DNA of 64,000 nt from Eledone cirrhosa (taxonomy: Eukaryota). Location: contig OZ024757.1 in NCBI GenBank assembly GCA_964016885.1, positions 11,780,001 through 11,844,000 of the forward strand, written 5' to 3'. Positions 1 to 13,024 of this stretch are shown here, piece after piece (position 1 is the stretch's first letter; each line of letters opens with the position of its first letter). The notes under the pieces are model-generated. The model saw nothing but the letters and a program-made list of their open reading frames with translations. It was not told the origin of the DNA and searched no databases. The translations under genes and the position numbers were made by a program.

Positions 1-182
1 AATCGTAAGAAAAATGTTTCGGGTGTGCAGTTGATTTGGTCCTGGTTGTTGGTATTTGACTGCTATTTCTAGCATGTATGGACACTTTAAAATAGCAGCG
101 AAAAAAAGCAGAAAGAAGGACACAAACACACTCATATATATATATGTGTATGTATGTGTGTGTGTATATATATATATATGAT

Positions 183-300
183 AATTGTTTCTACTTTTGG
201 CACAAGGCCATCAATTAATCCAGTGTATTACTGGTACTTTATTTTATCGACCCCGTAAGGATGAAAAGCAAAGTTAACCTCGGCGGGATTTGAACTCAAT
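183..300 (-). mobile_element. tRNA-derived SINE, 3' part (Meta-domain-like core)
   Basis: Reverse complement matches the SINE at 1578-1762 (B-box gagttcaaatcc, core cttacggggtcgataaaataaagtaccag, tail gccttgtgccaaaagtagaaac). Confidence 0.8.
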
Positions 301-541
301 TGTAATAAAATAAAAAGAACGATTTGTTGTCTTGAGTGGACCCCAACCTTTTCTTCTTCAAATTGGCCCCTATTATATACAAATTGCTCCCTGTGGGGCG
401 TATATCCATGATATATATATAATTGTGTGTGTGTGTACGTGCATACATACACACACACAGACACACACACCTATATTACATATAGGTGCCTGTGTGTTTG
501 GATGTTATATATACATATGTGTTTATATATATATATATATA

Positions 542-738
542 TTTATTAAAATAACAGATTAAAGTTTAAGCAAAGAATCGCTGCTTTCACCCTTAACGGG
601 ATCTTCTGATTCTTTGCTTAAACTTTAATCTGTTATTTTCTAATAAATATTTGCTCTATGGTTCTTATATATTTGACATATATTTATCCTTATGGAACCC
701 TCTTTGGATTTTAGTCTTCAAATTTATTATTATTACTA
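542..738. mobile_element. Mini fold-back derived from the PLE family A terminus
   Basis: Arms 542-578 and 610-648 are inverted; sequence matches the 3' end of the PLE at 6970-7040; followed by the same tail seen at 8530-8620, 48490-48582 and 51075-51165. Confidence 0.8.
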
Positions 739-1031
739 TATATATATATATTTAATAATAATATATAATTGGTATAATTTCACCCAAATTGTAGGAATCC
801 TATAATGGAACGAGACGTCCGTCTGGGAAGAGATATATTAGATATGTCTCATATGAAATAATACAGCCAATTTTCCACGCAATACTTTTAGTTAGCACCC
901 CGAACGCATAATTGGGAATATAATCACTTATTTCTTAATGTTTTTTGAGTGAGTTGGAATTTGGCCGGAGTATCGCTAAAAAGCTTTCTCCGATATTGTA
1001 TTTATTTATATATATATTTATATATATATAT

Positions 1032-1122
<91 letters not shown>

Positions 1123-1189
1123 AGGACAGACACATGTGTATATACTTGTGTGTGTGTTTGGGTGCTCTCTCTCCCTCTCTCTCTCGCTA

Positions 1190-1220
<31 letters not shown>

Positions 1221-2163
1221 CAGTGGTTCCCAACCTTTTCTGCACCATGCCCCTCCTCAATCCAAAATATGTTTATGTTCCCATTTAATATAAACACAAA
1301 CTGAGACTTGTAAAACTAATATAAAGTAGAAATCCTTTAATGTACTGGGGCCGATATTAACAAGAAAATATATTGGAAGTGTTGCCCCAGCATGGCCTTA
1401 GTCGAATGAGCAACTAAAATAATAAAATGCTAGAAATAGCAGTCAAAGACCAACAAAAAGGCCCAAATCAACTGCACACCCGCAAAACTTTTGTCATGAT
1501 TTTTGCGATTAAGTAAGACAAGAGTTATCTTTCTTGGCAAAAACACCCGCGTTTGTTTACATTAAATTTTCTATTGTAAACGGTGGATTGGCAGTATCGG
1601 TAGAGGGTCGGACGCCATGCTTTCCAGCATAGTTATGTCCCTTTGCGATCTGAGTTCAAATCCCGCCGAGGTTGACTTTGTCTTTCATCCTTACGGGGTC
1701 GATAAAATAAAGTACCAGTAATGCACTGGGTAATTGCTGGCCTTGTGCCTAAAGTAGAAACAATTAAATTTTCTATTGTTTAAAATATTTTCACTGATTT
1801 TAAGCCAAAGTTTTTTAATGGCTGCCACTTCCGGTTTGTGTTGTGCCTCTACAGGACAGCAGTAAACCTGCTAGAAATAGCAGTCATAGTAACACACTCA
1901 CATATATTTATATATCAGGGATTCCCAACGAGGGGTGCACGCCACACTGGGGTGGGTTAATTTGAATATAATAGGGGCCAATTTGAAAGTTATATAATAC
2001 GACCCAACTTCCGTTTACACTTCGTCTACACATGTTATCGTGTATCTGGCAGCACCTACGAGAAGTTTGTTTAGATTTTGGAGTTTGCTTTTATATTAAA
2101 GGGGAACATAAACATATTTTAGATTAAGTAGGGGCATGGTGTAGAAATGGTTGGGGACCACTG
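1221..2163. mobile_element. hAT (Charlie/Buster-like) MITE with nested SINE
   Basis: Starts cagtggttcccaacc and ends ggttggggaccactg; about 70-bp imperfect TIRs; flanked by (TA)n. Confidence 0.75.
1578..1762 (+). mobile_element. tRNA-derived SINE with 17-bp target-site duplication
   Basis: A-box-like tggcagtatcgg and B-box-like gagttcaaatcc; direct repeat attaaattttctattgt at 1561-1577 and 1763-1779. Confidence 0.85.
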
Positions 2164-2167
2164 ATAT

Positions 2168-2269
<102 letters not shown>

Positions 2270-2271
2270 TA

Positions 2272-2663
2272 TTTCGTTTCTGAATTTGTTTACCAAGATT
2301 CTTTATCTGAAAACGTGTGTTGAAACCGATATTGTTATACTTTGGGAGGCTCATGTTGCCAGTGAGAAACACACGAACCTATTGTTTCACTCCAATTTAT
2401 TATAAATTTTTAAAAAATTTGTTTTAATTTATAAATTCCGGTTGGTTGGTTCCACAACCGGACGGTTGTTCATATATTGTAAAAGTTCTTTCGTCATACA
2501 TTCTGTGATCTCTTCAGTGACTGGAGATTCTTTTCTTTCTTTTGTGCCTCTCCTTTGTTCTGTCCTACGCCATCTTGTTTTTGTGTGTGTTGTGGACTTA
2601 GTTTTGGAGTGAAAGTAACTGGTGCGTGTGTTTCTTATTAGCAACATAAGCCTCCCAAAGTAT

Positions 2664-2670
<7 letters not shown>
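2272..2670 (-). mobile_element. Mini fold-back of the PLE family C terminus with a degenerate HHR
   Basis: Inverted arms 2330-2395 and 2604-2670; interior is the reverse complement of 20150-20415, including CTGAAGA...GAAA at about 2478-2522. Confidence 0.75.
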
Positions 2671-2725
<55 letters not shown>

Positions 2726-2733
<8 letters not shown>

Positions 2734-3165
2734 CGTAAGATAAGAAAATTATAAAATTATAAAAAAATTATAAAATTGACTTACTTACTAAAATATCACT
2801 TCCAACTAATTAGTTTCTGGAATGGAGTAAATATATTTTCCGAAGAACATATACAAAAGCATTCCGTCGTCAGGAAAGTCTATTTTCATGTAAGTTTCCA
2901 GGCATAGCGAGGACTCTGGAAACTTATTAAAAAATTCGGAAAATATATTTACTCCATTCCAGAAACTAATTAGTTGGAAGTGATATTTTAGTAAGTAAGT
3001 CAATTTTATAATTTTTTAATAATTTTATAATTTTCTTATCTTACGTCTCTCATATTATTGTTCTGCAACCCCATGCATTGAACCACAATGTTACTAAGAC
3101 AAAACCTATATATTTGCTAGCATTGATATGCATCTGTATGTATATAAATGTTACTAGATATAAAT
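2726..3165. mobile_element. Fold-back element, family B
   Basis: About 120-bp near-perfect inverted arms 2726-2843 and 2936-3054, plus a tail to about 3165; related copy at 12309-12830. Confidence 0.8.
2798..2879 (-). ncRNA. Type I hammerhead ribozyme (family B)
   Basis: Minus strand: acuuuc CUGACGA c ggaaug [long loop] cauucc a GAAA cuaauuag UU ggaagu; palindromic stem III ACUAAUUAGU. Confidence 0.65.
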
Positions 3166-3210
3166 TCTTTATATATATATATATATATATTTATTAAAAT
3201 AACAGATTAA

Positions 3211-3261
3211 AGTTTAAGCAAAGAATCGCTGCTTTCACCCTTAACGGGATCTTCTGAAACT
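3211..3261 (-). ncRNA. Hammerhead-like motif, family A (CAGAAGA core)
   Basis: Reverse-complement copy of 6970-7020. Confidence 0.55.
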
Positions 3262-4321
3262 AACAAAGTCAATCTGTAAGCGCAGAACTGGATATTTCAA
3301 AAAACGTTGCAACCGGAGTAAGACAGGAAGACGATACTTTGGTTCGTGGTAACGTTCGCTGGCAAAGAACGGGAAAAAACGAATAGTACGTCATTAATAG
3401 GAGCGGTGAAAAACAATTACGCGCAAAGACAAAACCACGTTTATGGTATAAAAGAGGTCGTAGACTAATGTTCTCTTAGGTGGTGCATAGAGACGTTCTC
3501 TGGCAATGAACGAAAAAACGAAGATAATAAGTCATATGTGGAGCGTGGAGAACAACAGCACGCAAAGACAAAACCACGTAAATGGTATAGCAGAAATCGT
3601 AGACTAAAATTCTAACTAGGAGACCAAATGAATCTCCGCTACAGAGTTAAGAACAAAGTAAATACATTACCCGTATGTTTTGTGAAGGTATGTATACCTT
3701 CTCGTACGTATATTTGACTGTTATAGCGTATAATTTTTACATATTTTGGTATTTTGGGTTTTGCTATGTGTATACGGGAGTTTTGCGTCCGCGTGAGTAT
3801 GCAGGTTCGTACGTATGGTGGGTGTGTGTATATGTGTACTTCTTGTTTTAGTTGACTTACGTCTCCGAACATTCGTGTATTTATATGTAGGTATGCGTGT
3901 GCGCTTGTTATATACGTATTTATTTACTTATATACGTTTATATAATTATTTATTTATTTGTACACAAGCATGCACACACACACATATTTATATGTGCGTG
4001 GTTTTGTATACCCATGGTAAGGTTTTGCGTATGCTTGTGTATGTACGTATCTGTTTGCGTGTATGTATTTATTTGTTTCTATTACTTCTGTATTGTATTT
4101 ATTTACTTTGTTCTTAACTCTGTAGCGGAGATTCATTTGGTCTCCTAGTTAGAATTTTAGTCTACGATTTCTGCTATACCATTTACGTGGTTTTGTCTTT
4201 GCGTGCTGTTGTTCTCCACGCTCCACATATGACTTATTATCTTCGTTTTATCGTTCATTGCCAGAGAACGTCTCTATGCACCACCTAAGAGAACATTAGT
4301 CTACGACCTCTTTTATACCAT

Positions 4322-6041
4322 CAACTACTACATAATGCTGTAACTAAGGATTACCGTAAAACTAATCGGTGCGTCATCAATGAAATCAACGATGCTGGGT
4401 TTAAAATCACATCTGATCTCAACATCCTGGACCGGACCGAACCTCTGGACCCAATCTCTCCCCACTTTACCCTGAAGGATCAGAAATCCAATTTTCCGAA
4501 CAACCCCTCTATTCGGCTTAGGTAGACTTAGTAAAACGATTCTTGATAGAATTATACCTGAAATTAGAAGTTTGGCCCCTCTCGCACTGTGGAACAATTC
4601 TTTCGCGGTGATTGATTGGTTCAACGGCATATGTAACAAGGAACATTGCCGTTTTATCCAATTCGACATCAACAATTACTACTCCTCCATCACTTTACCA
4701 CTTCTCCTTAGAGCTATCAATTTCGCTAAAACACTCACAGTGGTTAAGGATTTTGAAGTTGATGTCATCCTTAATGCCCGAAAGTCGGTGATTAATTTCG
4801 ACGAATCTATTTGGATAAAAAAAATCCAATAGTACCCCATTCGACATGAGTATGGGCGCCAGTGACTCTGCGGAGGTTACTGATCTTATTGGCCTTTTCC
4901 TTCTTTTCTCTATCAAGGACGAATTCCCCAACGCGGGCGGTGGTTTGTACCGTGACGATGGTCTTTTGACCATGACTAAGTGCGGACCTCGTGCTTGCGA
5001 CAGATTCAGAAAAGAACTTACAGCCTTCTTTAAAGGCTTCAACCTCTCTATACAGGTTGAGGCCAATCTCTCGGTCGTTAATTACCTCGACGTTACCCTC
5101 AATTTATTGAATGGGTGTATTACCCGTATAGAAAGCCGAATGATACGCTTAATTACATAAGTAAGCATTCCAACCATCCTGCCAGCATAACCAAGAACCT
5201 GGTAAGAAACGTTTCGTTGAGGCTTTCCCGTCTTTCCACCAACGAGCGCATTTTCAACGACCATTCCACTTATTACAATGAAGCTCTTGCTCGAAGTGGA
5301 TTTGTCGATAAGGTAGCATATACAGAGTACGAAAATAGACCTAGAAGAAATAGATATCGTCGCATTTGTTGGTTTAACCCACCATATAATATGGAGGTGG
5401 CCACACCATTAGCTAAGATCTTTCTTTCCCTTATTACGAAGCATTTTCCCCCTACACATAAACATAGTAACATTTTTAATAGAAATATTATTAAAATTTC
5501 TTACTCTACGACTCCTAACCTTGCACATAACATCACAGCTTCAAATTTAGCTAAACTACCTAGCCGTAGGAACACGTGCAACCCTGTAGTTAGTACTAAC
5601 TGTAATTGTAGGAATCGGGCTGATTGCCCCCTATCCGGGAAATGCCTCTCTAGTAACATTGTCTACAAATGTAAGGTTGTAACACCATCGTCCCGTAGGG
5701 CCTACATCGGGTTAACCGTCAATAGTTTCAAGCAGCGTCTTTACATGCATACCCATTCTTTTCGTTACCCTCTAAGAAGGAATATGACATCACTTTCAGC
5801 TTATATCTGGAGTCTAAAAGACAACCACACCCAATATAAGTTACACTGGGAGATCCTAGCTAGGGCTAGATCGTATAATGGAAATAAAAGACCATGTGAC
5901 CTCTGCGCCGCTGAGGCCCTGGAAATACTCTACGCTACAGACCACATCTTAAACAAAAAATCTGAGGCAATTTCGGCTTGTAAACATAAATTGCACAAAA
6001 CTTTCCTGTATTACAGCCCCACGTTATACCCTAACGGATAG
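4322..6041 (+). pseudogene. PLE reverse transcriptase + GIY-YIG endonuclease, 5'-truncated and frameshifted
   Basis: FTLKD, FIQFDINNYYSSIT, MGASDSAEVTDLIG, GLYRDDGL, VNYLDVTLNL, then WFNPPYN, CNCR..CPLSGKC, IVYKC...YIGLT..FKQR, CDLC, spread over several frames. Confidence 0.92.
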
Positions 6042-6969
6042 CTCGATCTATACGTGGATGTTTTACGTCTTGATGTGGGAGCTAAGTATATGTTTTGTTT
6101 ATTCCTTTACTTATTTGCATAGGTAAGTATATATTACCCGTATGTTTTGTGAAGGTATGTATACCTTCTCGTACGTATATTTGACTGTTATAGCGTATAA
6201 TTTTTACATATTCTGGTATTTAGGGTTTGGCTATGTGTATACGGGAGTTTTGCGTCCGCGTGAGTGTGCAGGTTAGTACGTATGGTGGCTGTGTGTATAT
6301 GTGTACTTCTTGTTTTAGTTGACTTACGTCTCCGAACATTCGTGTATTTATATGTAGGTATGCGTGTGCGCTTGTTATATACGTATTTATTTACTTATAT
6401 ACGTTTATATAATTATTTATTTATTTGTACACAAGCATACACACACACACATATTTATATGTGCGTGGTTTTGTATACCCATGGTAAGGTTTTGCGTATG
6501 CTTGTGTATGTACGTATCTGTTTGCGTGTATGTATTTATTTGTTTCTATTACTTCTGTATTGTATTTATTTACTTTGTTCTTAACTCTGTAGCGGAGATT
6601 CATTTGGTCTCCTAGTAAGAATTTTAGTCTACGATTTCTGCTATACCATTTACGTGGTTTTGTCTTTGCGTGCTGTTGTTCTCCACGCTCCTCATATGAC
6701 TTATTATCTTCGTTTTTTCGTTCATTGCCAGAGAACGTCTCTATGCACCACCTAAGAGAACATTAGTCTACGACCTCTTTTATACCATAAACGTGGTTTT
6801 GTCTTTGCGCGTAATTGTTTTTCACCGCTCCTATTAATGACGTATTATTCGTTTTTTCCCGTTCTTTGCCAGCAAACGTTACCACGAACCAAAGTATCGT
6901 CTTCCTGTCTTCCTCCGGTTGCAACGTTTTTTGAAATATCCAGTTCTGCGTTTACAGATTGACTTTGTT

Positions 6970-7020
6970 AGTTTCAGAAGATCCCGTTAAGGGTGAAAGC
7001 AGCGATTCTTTGCTTAAACT
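6970..7020 (+). ncRNA. Hammerhead-like motif, family A (CAGAAGA core)
   Basis: aguuu CAGAAGA uccc guuaa gggu GAAA gca [9 nt] ugc UU aaacu; stem I extension acagauu (6954-6960) / aaucugu (7023-7029); lies at the PLE 3' terminus. Confidence 0.6.
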
Positions 7021-7040
7021 TTAATCTGTTGTTTTAATAA

Positions 7041-7071
<31 letters not shown>

Positions 7072-7139
7072 AATATATACATATATATATATACATATAT
7101 ATATATACATATATATATGTATATATATATATATGTATG

Positions 7140-7170
<31 letters not shown>

Positions 7171-7171
7171 G

Positions 7172-7259
<88 letters not shown>

Positions 7260-7267
7260 AATATATG

Positions 7268-7312
<45 letters not shown>

Positions 7313-7313
7313 T

Positions 7314-7345
<32 letters not shown>

Positions 7346-7373
7346 CATATATACATATATGTATATACATATC

Positions 7374-7406
<33 letters not shown>

Positions 7407-7804
7407 GTATATATATATACGTATATATATATATGTATATATATGTATATACATATATATATACATATATATATACATATATATATATGTATATACATAT
7501 ATATATATACATATCTATATACATATATATATGTATATATATATACATATATATATGTATATATATATATATATGTATATATATATACATATATGTATAT
7601 ATATATATACATGTATATATATATACATATATGTATATATATATATATGTATATACATATATGTATATATATATACATATATATATACATATATATATGT
7701 ATGTATATATATATACATATATATATATACATATATATATGCATGTATATATATATACATATATATATATACATATATATATGTATGTATATATATATAT
7801 ATAT
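7041..7804. repeat. Compound (TA)n/(TATG)/(TACA) microsatellite
   Basis: Direct inspection. Confidence 0.97.
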
Positions 7805-7946
7805 CAGTGGTACCCAACCTTTATATATATAGAGAGAGAGAGGGGGAGAGGGAGAGAGAGACAGAGAGGGAGAGGGAGAGATAGAGAGGGAGAGAGACCA
7901 CCCAAACACACACACATGTATATACACACATGTGCGTGTCCTACTT

Positions 7947-7987
<41 letters not shown>

Positions 7988-8186
7988 ACACATATGTATA
8001 TATAACTTCCAAACACACACACACAAATATATGTACACACACGCACATATATGTAATAGAGGTGTGTGTGTGTCTGAATGCACGTACGCACGCACACAAT
8101 TATATATATCAGGGATATACGCCCCACAGGGAGCAATTTGTATATAATAGGGGCCAATTTGAAGCAGAAAAGGTTGGGGACCACTG
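7805..8186. mobile_element. hAT-type MITE
   Basis: cagtggtacccaaccttt ... aaaaggttggggaccactg terminal inverted repeats. Confidence 0.7.
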
Positions 8187-8215
8187 AAGGCAACAAATCG
8201 TCATTTTTATTTTAT

Positions 8216-8615
8216 TACAATTATTATTATTATCATATATATATATATATATATAAATTAAAACAACAGATTAAAGTTTAAGCAAAGAATCGCTCAACGG
8301 GATCTTCTGAAACTAAAAAAAATCAATCTGTGATCGCAGAATTAAATATTTCGAGAAATATTACAACCGAAGGAAGACAGAAAGACGATACGTTGGTTCG
8401 TGGAAACGTTCCCTGTCAAAGAACGAAAAAAAAACGAAGATAATACGTCATTATTTGGAGCAGTGAAATCAATTACACGCAAAGACAAAGCGATTCTTTG
8501 CTTAAACTTTAATCTGTTATTTTAATAATTATTTGCTCTACGGTTCTCATATATCTGATATATATTTATCCTTATCAAACCCTCTTTGGATTTTAGTCTT
8601 CAAATTTATTATTAT

Positions 8616-8620
<5 letters not shown>
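8216..8620. mobile_element. PLE family A fold-back remnant
   Basis: Inverted pLTR arm 8216-8488, then sense arm and tail 8489-8620. Confidence 0.8.
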
Positions 8621-8661
<41 letters not shown>

Positions 8662-8666
<5 letters not shown>

Positions 8667-9290
8667 TTAGTTAAGAAAAACAAGACCACAGATTTCACAA
8701 GGAAGACACTATTAAAAAATTGACAACATATTTTAGTTTGATGTAAGGAATGTAGAGAATAATAATAATAATATTAATAATAATAATGAAATAATGTAAT
8801 AATAATAATAATGCAATAAAAATATTAATAATAATTATGTAACATTCTTTCCTTATTTTAATTTATATTCCTTTGAAGTTCCGATGAGCTGCTCTATTTA
8901 TACCTATGTTAATTATTTTCAACTGAACCAGATCAATAATGATATATAATCATTTGATCCAGAAATATTATATGGAGTAGCGAAACAATTGTAAACGAAC
9001 ATTATTATTATTAATATTATTATTATTATTCTCTACATTCCTTACATCAAACTAAAATATGTTGACAATCTATTAATAATGTCTTCCTTGTGAAATTTGT
9101 GGTCTTGTTTTGTTTAACTAATGAATATTTCCAGCTCTGCGGACCTAACTTCTGCATGAACCCAGCCACCTAGCTGCCTTCCATTGCATATTGCACATTG
9201 AACACATGTTTTTACGCTTTGGCTTCTAACTAATTCACCAATCTCTCCTCTCATATCTCCATCTCTCTCTTTAAGATTGGTTACTCTTGA
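8662..9290 (+). mobile_element. Fold-back element, family E
   Basis: Inverted arms 8662-8788 and 9000-9128; HHR in the loop; same arms at 22653-22988. Confidence 0.8.
8878..8996 (+). ncRNA. Type I hammerhead ribozyme (family E, CCGAUGA core, long stem II loop)
   Basis: guu CCGAUGA gcugcucuau [long loop] auggaguagc GAAA caauug UA aac; palindromic stem III ACAAUUGU. Confidence 0.65.
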
Positions 9291-9392
<102 letters not shown>

Positions 9393-9519
9393 TAATATAT
9401 ATATATATATATTTGTGTTCAAGAGACTAGGTGGAGTGGCGCGTCTGCTAGATTCATTGTGGGTTAAAACGATGTTATAAACCTTTCTGGGTCGGAAATG
9501 ACAATGGGCTGGGTGGAGT

Positions 9520-10430
9520 AGTATGGTGGGATGGGAGAAGTAGAGAACACTATCAGGTGGCTAGGAGACAAGTGTACCTTGCAAGAAGGGAAGCAGGGGA
9601 TAGAAAGTTCAACCATGTTCTACAACACGAGGACCAAAAACGTGAGGTGTTCAGGATTGCTAGACAATGTGTCAAGGAAAACCGTGATATTGTCAGGGAG
9701 AAGTGCGTCCGCAATGATGATGGTGTACTTGCCCTCACTGATACGGATAAGAAGGTAGCTTGGAAGTGTCACTACGAGGGACTACTAAAAGAGGAGAATA
9801 AATGGGAAAAAAATAGTCTGCCCCACATTGATCCAATAGAGAGACCAGCGGTGCAAGTTAAAGTTAGTATAATAAGTAAGGCAATCAAAGATATGAAGAC
9901 AGGCAAGGCAGCTGGGCCTTCAGAGATAGTTGCTGAGATGTTGAAGGCATCTGGAATGGTGGGTCATACTATGGACACCCAGATAGTAAACCATGTAATA
10001 CAGAATGGGGTCATACCAAAGGACTGGGGTAGCAGCATCATCGTTAACTGCTACAAGAGAAAAGGAGATGCTATAGCTAGGGGGAACTATAGAATCATTA
10101 AGGTAGTTGACCAGGTCATGAAGGTCACAGAAAGAGTTATTGCACAACTAATCAGAGACAGAATTGATCTAGATGAAATGCAGTTTTAGTTTGTGTCAGG
10201 TAAAAGTACCACAGACGCTCTTTTCCTTGTACGACAACTACAGGAGAAGTACCTAGCTAAAAGTAAACCCCTATACTTAGCTTTCGTTGACTTGGAGAAA
10301 GCCTTAGACAGAGTCCCCAGCTACATTTTCTGGTGGACCCTTAGAAAACTAGGAGTAGATGAATGGCATGTGAGAGCCATGTATAAAGAAACAGTCAGCA
10401 AGGTGAGAATTAACAATGAATATAGTGAAG
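9520..10430 (+). mobile_element. RTE-clade LINE fragment (RT N-terminal half)
   Basis: MKTGKAAGPSEIVAEMLK, GNYR, EMQF, STTDALF, LAFVDLEKALDRVP; in-frame stop. Confidence 0.9.
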
Positions 10431-12059
10431 AAATGATAGGAAGGAAGAAATATAATGGGTACCAACAAAGATATTTATTTCTCTGTTGTTACGAGCATCC
10501 CATTCTTCGCAGTCATCTCAGATAAATCATTGAAACTGCAGGTGGTCTGAGATCTGATGAATGTATTTTAATATTTGTGACCTCCTCTCACCCATTCTAT
10601 TTCTTCCTTCCGATCATTTCTTTGAGTCAACTCACATCAAGCTGCTGACTTCTGTCCTTCGAGCTAATGTTTTACCCAACACAGCTTTGACGGTATTTTG
10701 CTGTTTCAACACCGAGTTTTTTCCATTTTATATATATATGTATGTAAAGGGTAAACAGAAATAACAACTCAATCAGTACAGTACATGGAAGGAATATATT
10801 AGGTTAATGCTTGAAATAGCAGGAAGAGGGTCTTAACGTTTCATATGCTAGTCCTTCATCAGAAGAAAGAATGACAAATTAGTTAAATTAAAGGGACGGG
10901 CAGGATGGAAGTGGAAAAAATATCTTTAGATAATAGGTCCATTCATGTTGACATCTTTTGGAAAACGGTTGATGCTGGCGTTTTGTGTATGATATATTAT
11001 TTGTTAAAGACTCACATTAATCCCCTATAATTTAATGAGCTCAAGGATTAGATTCCGGGTTCTTTATAAATCACCATATAGAGAGAAGTACACATAGAGA
11101 TATGTTTTCAATGATAGGGGATTAAAAACCACCAGAGTGACGAACATATTAACTATGGAAGTAATGCTGGATACAAATCAATTAAATAATATATTAAAGT
11201 GTAGTAACCATCTATTTATAACTATAACATCCAGACATGTTCAAATAAGTGTATGTTTCGCTATAAAAGTGAAGAATATATATTGTAGATGTAGCTCATC
11301 GGCAGATACCTATCAATATGATTAACACTTCTAAAAATATATTAGATAACTAAGAAAACACACACGGTGTAGAGAAAAGATGTTTTATAGCCCATGGTGG
11401 TGAATGGACCAAAAGACCGCTAAAAATATATATGATATGATATACGTCTAGAAATATGTTTTTATGACATGCATATCAAAATTTAGAGCTTATTTAGCTG
11501 CTATTTCTAACATTTTCCACGTTACATATTTTTATTATTTGGCTGCCATTTCTAGCATTTGTATTTACCACACAGACTGAAAAGTTTAACAAAGGGGAAT
11601 AAATCATTAAAGCCTTCGAATTGCTATTAACTCCCATTCACTGTAAAATGTATGATAGTAATCTAGACTAGAGAGCCCCTCACTAAATGTTCTTATGACT
11701 TTCTTAATAACACATATTTTGTAATAAAATTTTGCAGAGATACGAATTACAGTTTATAGATTAACATTCTGTAACTGAAATTACAATATATCTTTACGTA
11801 CAAATGTACTAAGGCTAGAAATTGCCAGGTAGGGTGTACAGTTTTTATCACATTTCCTATTTAGTAAAATAAACTATTTTATCACAACAATATAAAGAAA
11901 CAGGATATAGATTTATCTGGTACTTCTAGCCTTGTTTACATACATATTCCTAAATATGTATGTGTGTGTATATATATATATATATATTGTTTATATACAT
12001 AACACATACATACACACATATGTATATATATATGTGTGTGTGTGGTGTGTGTGTCTGTG

Positions 12060-12211
12060 TGATAGGAAGGGCATCCAGCTGTAGAAATGAACCCAGAATC
12101 AGTTCCCATATGAGCAAGACAAGGTCAGACGACCTAAAATTGCCCACAACAGGACAATCTGTCTAACCCATGCTAGCGTGGAAGAATTGACATAAAACGG
12201 TGATGATGATG
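12060..12211 (+). mobile_element. RTE 3' tail fragment
   Basis: taggaagggcatccagctgtagaaa ... catgctagcgtggaa ... (GAT)n, as at the RTE 3' ends in this window. Confidence 0.8.
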
Positions 12212-12248
12212 ACATATATATATATATAAACCTGTATATATCTATCTG

Positions 12249-12308
<60 letters not shown>

Positions 12309-12315
<7 letters not shown>

Positions 12316-12830
12316 CGTAAAATAAGAAAATTATAAAATTAACTTACTTACTAAAATATCACTTCCAACTAATTAGTTTCTGGAATGGAGTAAATATATT
12401 TTCCGAAGAAGACACAGAGAAACATTCCGTCGTCAGGGAAGACTATTCTCATCTAGGCAAAGCGTGGACTCTGGAAACTTATTAAAAAATAATTCAGTGG
12501 ATAGGAAATAGCAAAGCGTGGACTGAATTCCTAGCCATTGAGAAAATCACTGCCTCTGCGTCTGTGGCAAATTCAAAAAGAATCAATCACGTGACATCGA
12601 GGTCAATCAGTGGAAAGTGGTTTGCTAATAAGACAGCGGCCTGCCTGCTACCATAGCAGCAATCATGGCCAATATTGCTCGACAAATAATTTGGAGATAA
12701 TTATAAAGAATTAATATCTAGTAACATATATATACATACAGATGCATATCAATGCTAGCAAATATATAGGTTTTGTCTTAGTAACATTGTGGTTCAATGC
12801 ATGTGCTGGTGTACGGGTCCGAGACTATAT
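12309..12830. mobile_element. Family B element, second copy (HHR at 12362-12441, minus strand)
   Basis: 12309-12490 matches 2727-2935; 12715-12803 is the reverse complement of about 3075-3160; cuucc CUGACGA...GAAA cuaauuag UU ggaag. Confidence 0.75.
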
Positions 12831-12986
12831 GTATATATAAATATTAGACATAGATTTCTGTGTACCTCTCATTATATATATATATATATAATGAGAGGTA
12901 CACAAACATTTATGTCTAATATTTCTTCTTACTTTATAATATGTTTTATATATATATACATACATATATGTGTGTGCATATATATA

Positions 12987-13020
<34 letters not shown>

Positions 13021-13024
<4 letters not shown>

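Larger units (their letters stand above)
3190..7040 (+). mobile_element. Penelope-like retroelement (family A) with inverted and direct pseudo-LTRs
   Basis: 3190-3665 is the reverse complement of about 6563-7040; 3666-4321 is a direct repeat of 6133-6788; the RT+GIY-YIG remnant lies between; (TA)n on both sides. Confidence 0.92.

Noticed and set aside
817-870. Hairpin gagatatat/atatgtctc followed by gaaa
   Set aside because: Core spacing does not fit a hammerhead
10831-10866. Minus-strand ucuu CUGAUGA...GAAA cg UU aaga hammerhead
   Set aside because: Core, stem I and stem III fit, but stem II cannot pair; probably a decayed copy, so not counted
11604-11650. Possible minus-strand terminal exon (ttttacag then EWELIAIRRL-stop)
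   Set aside because: Too short to distinguish from chance
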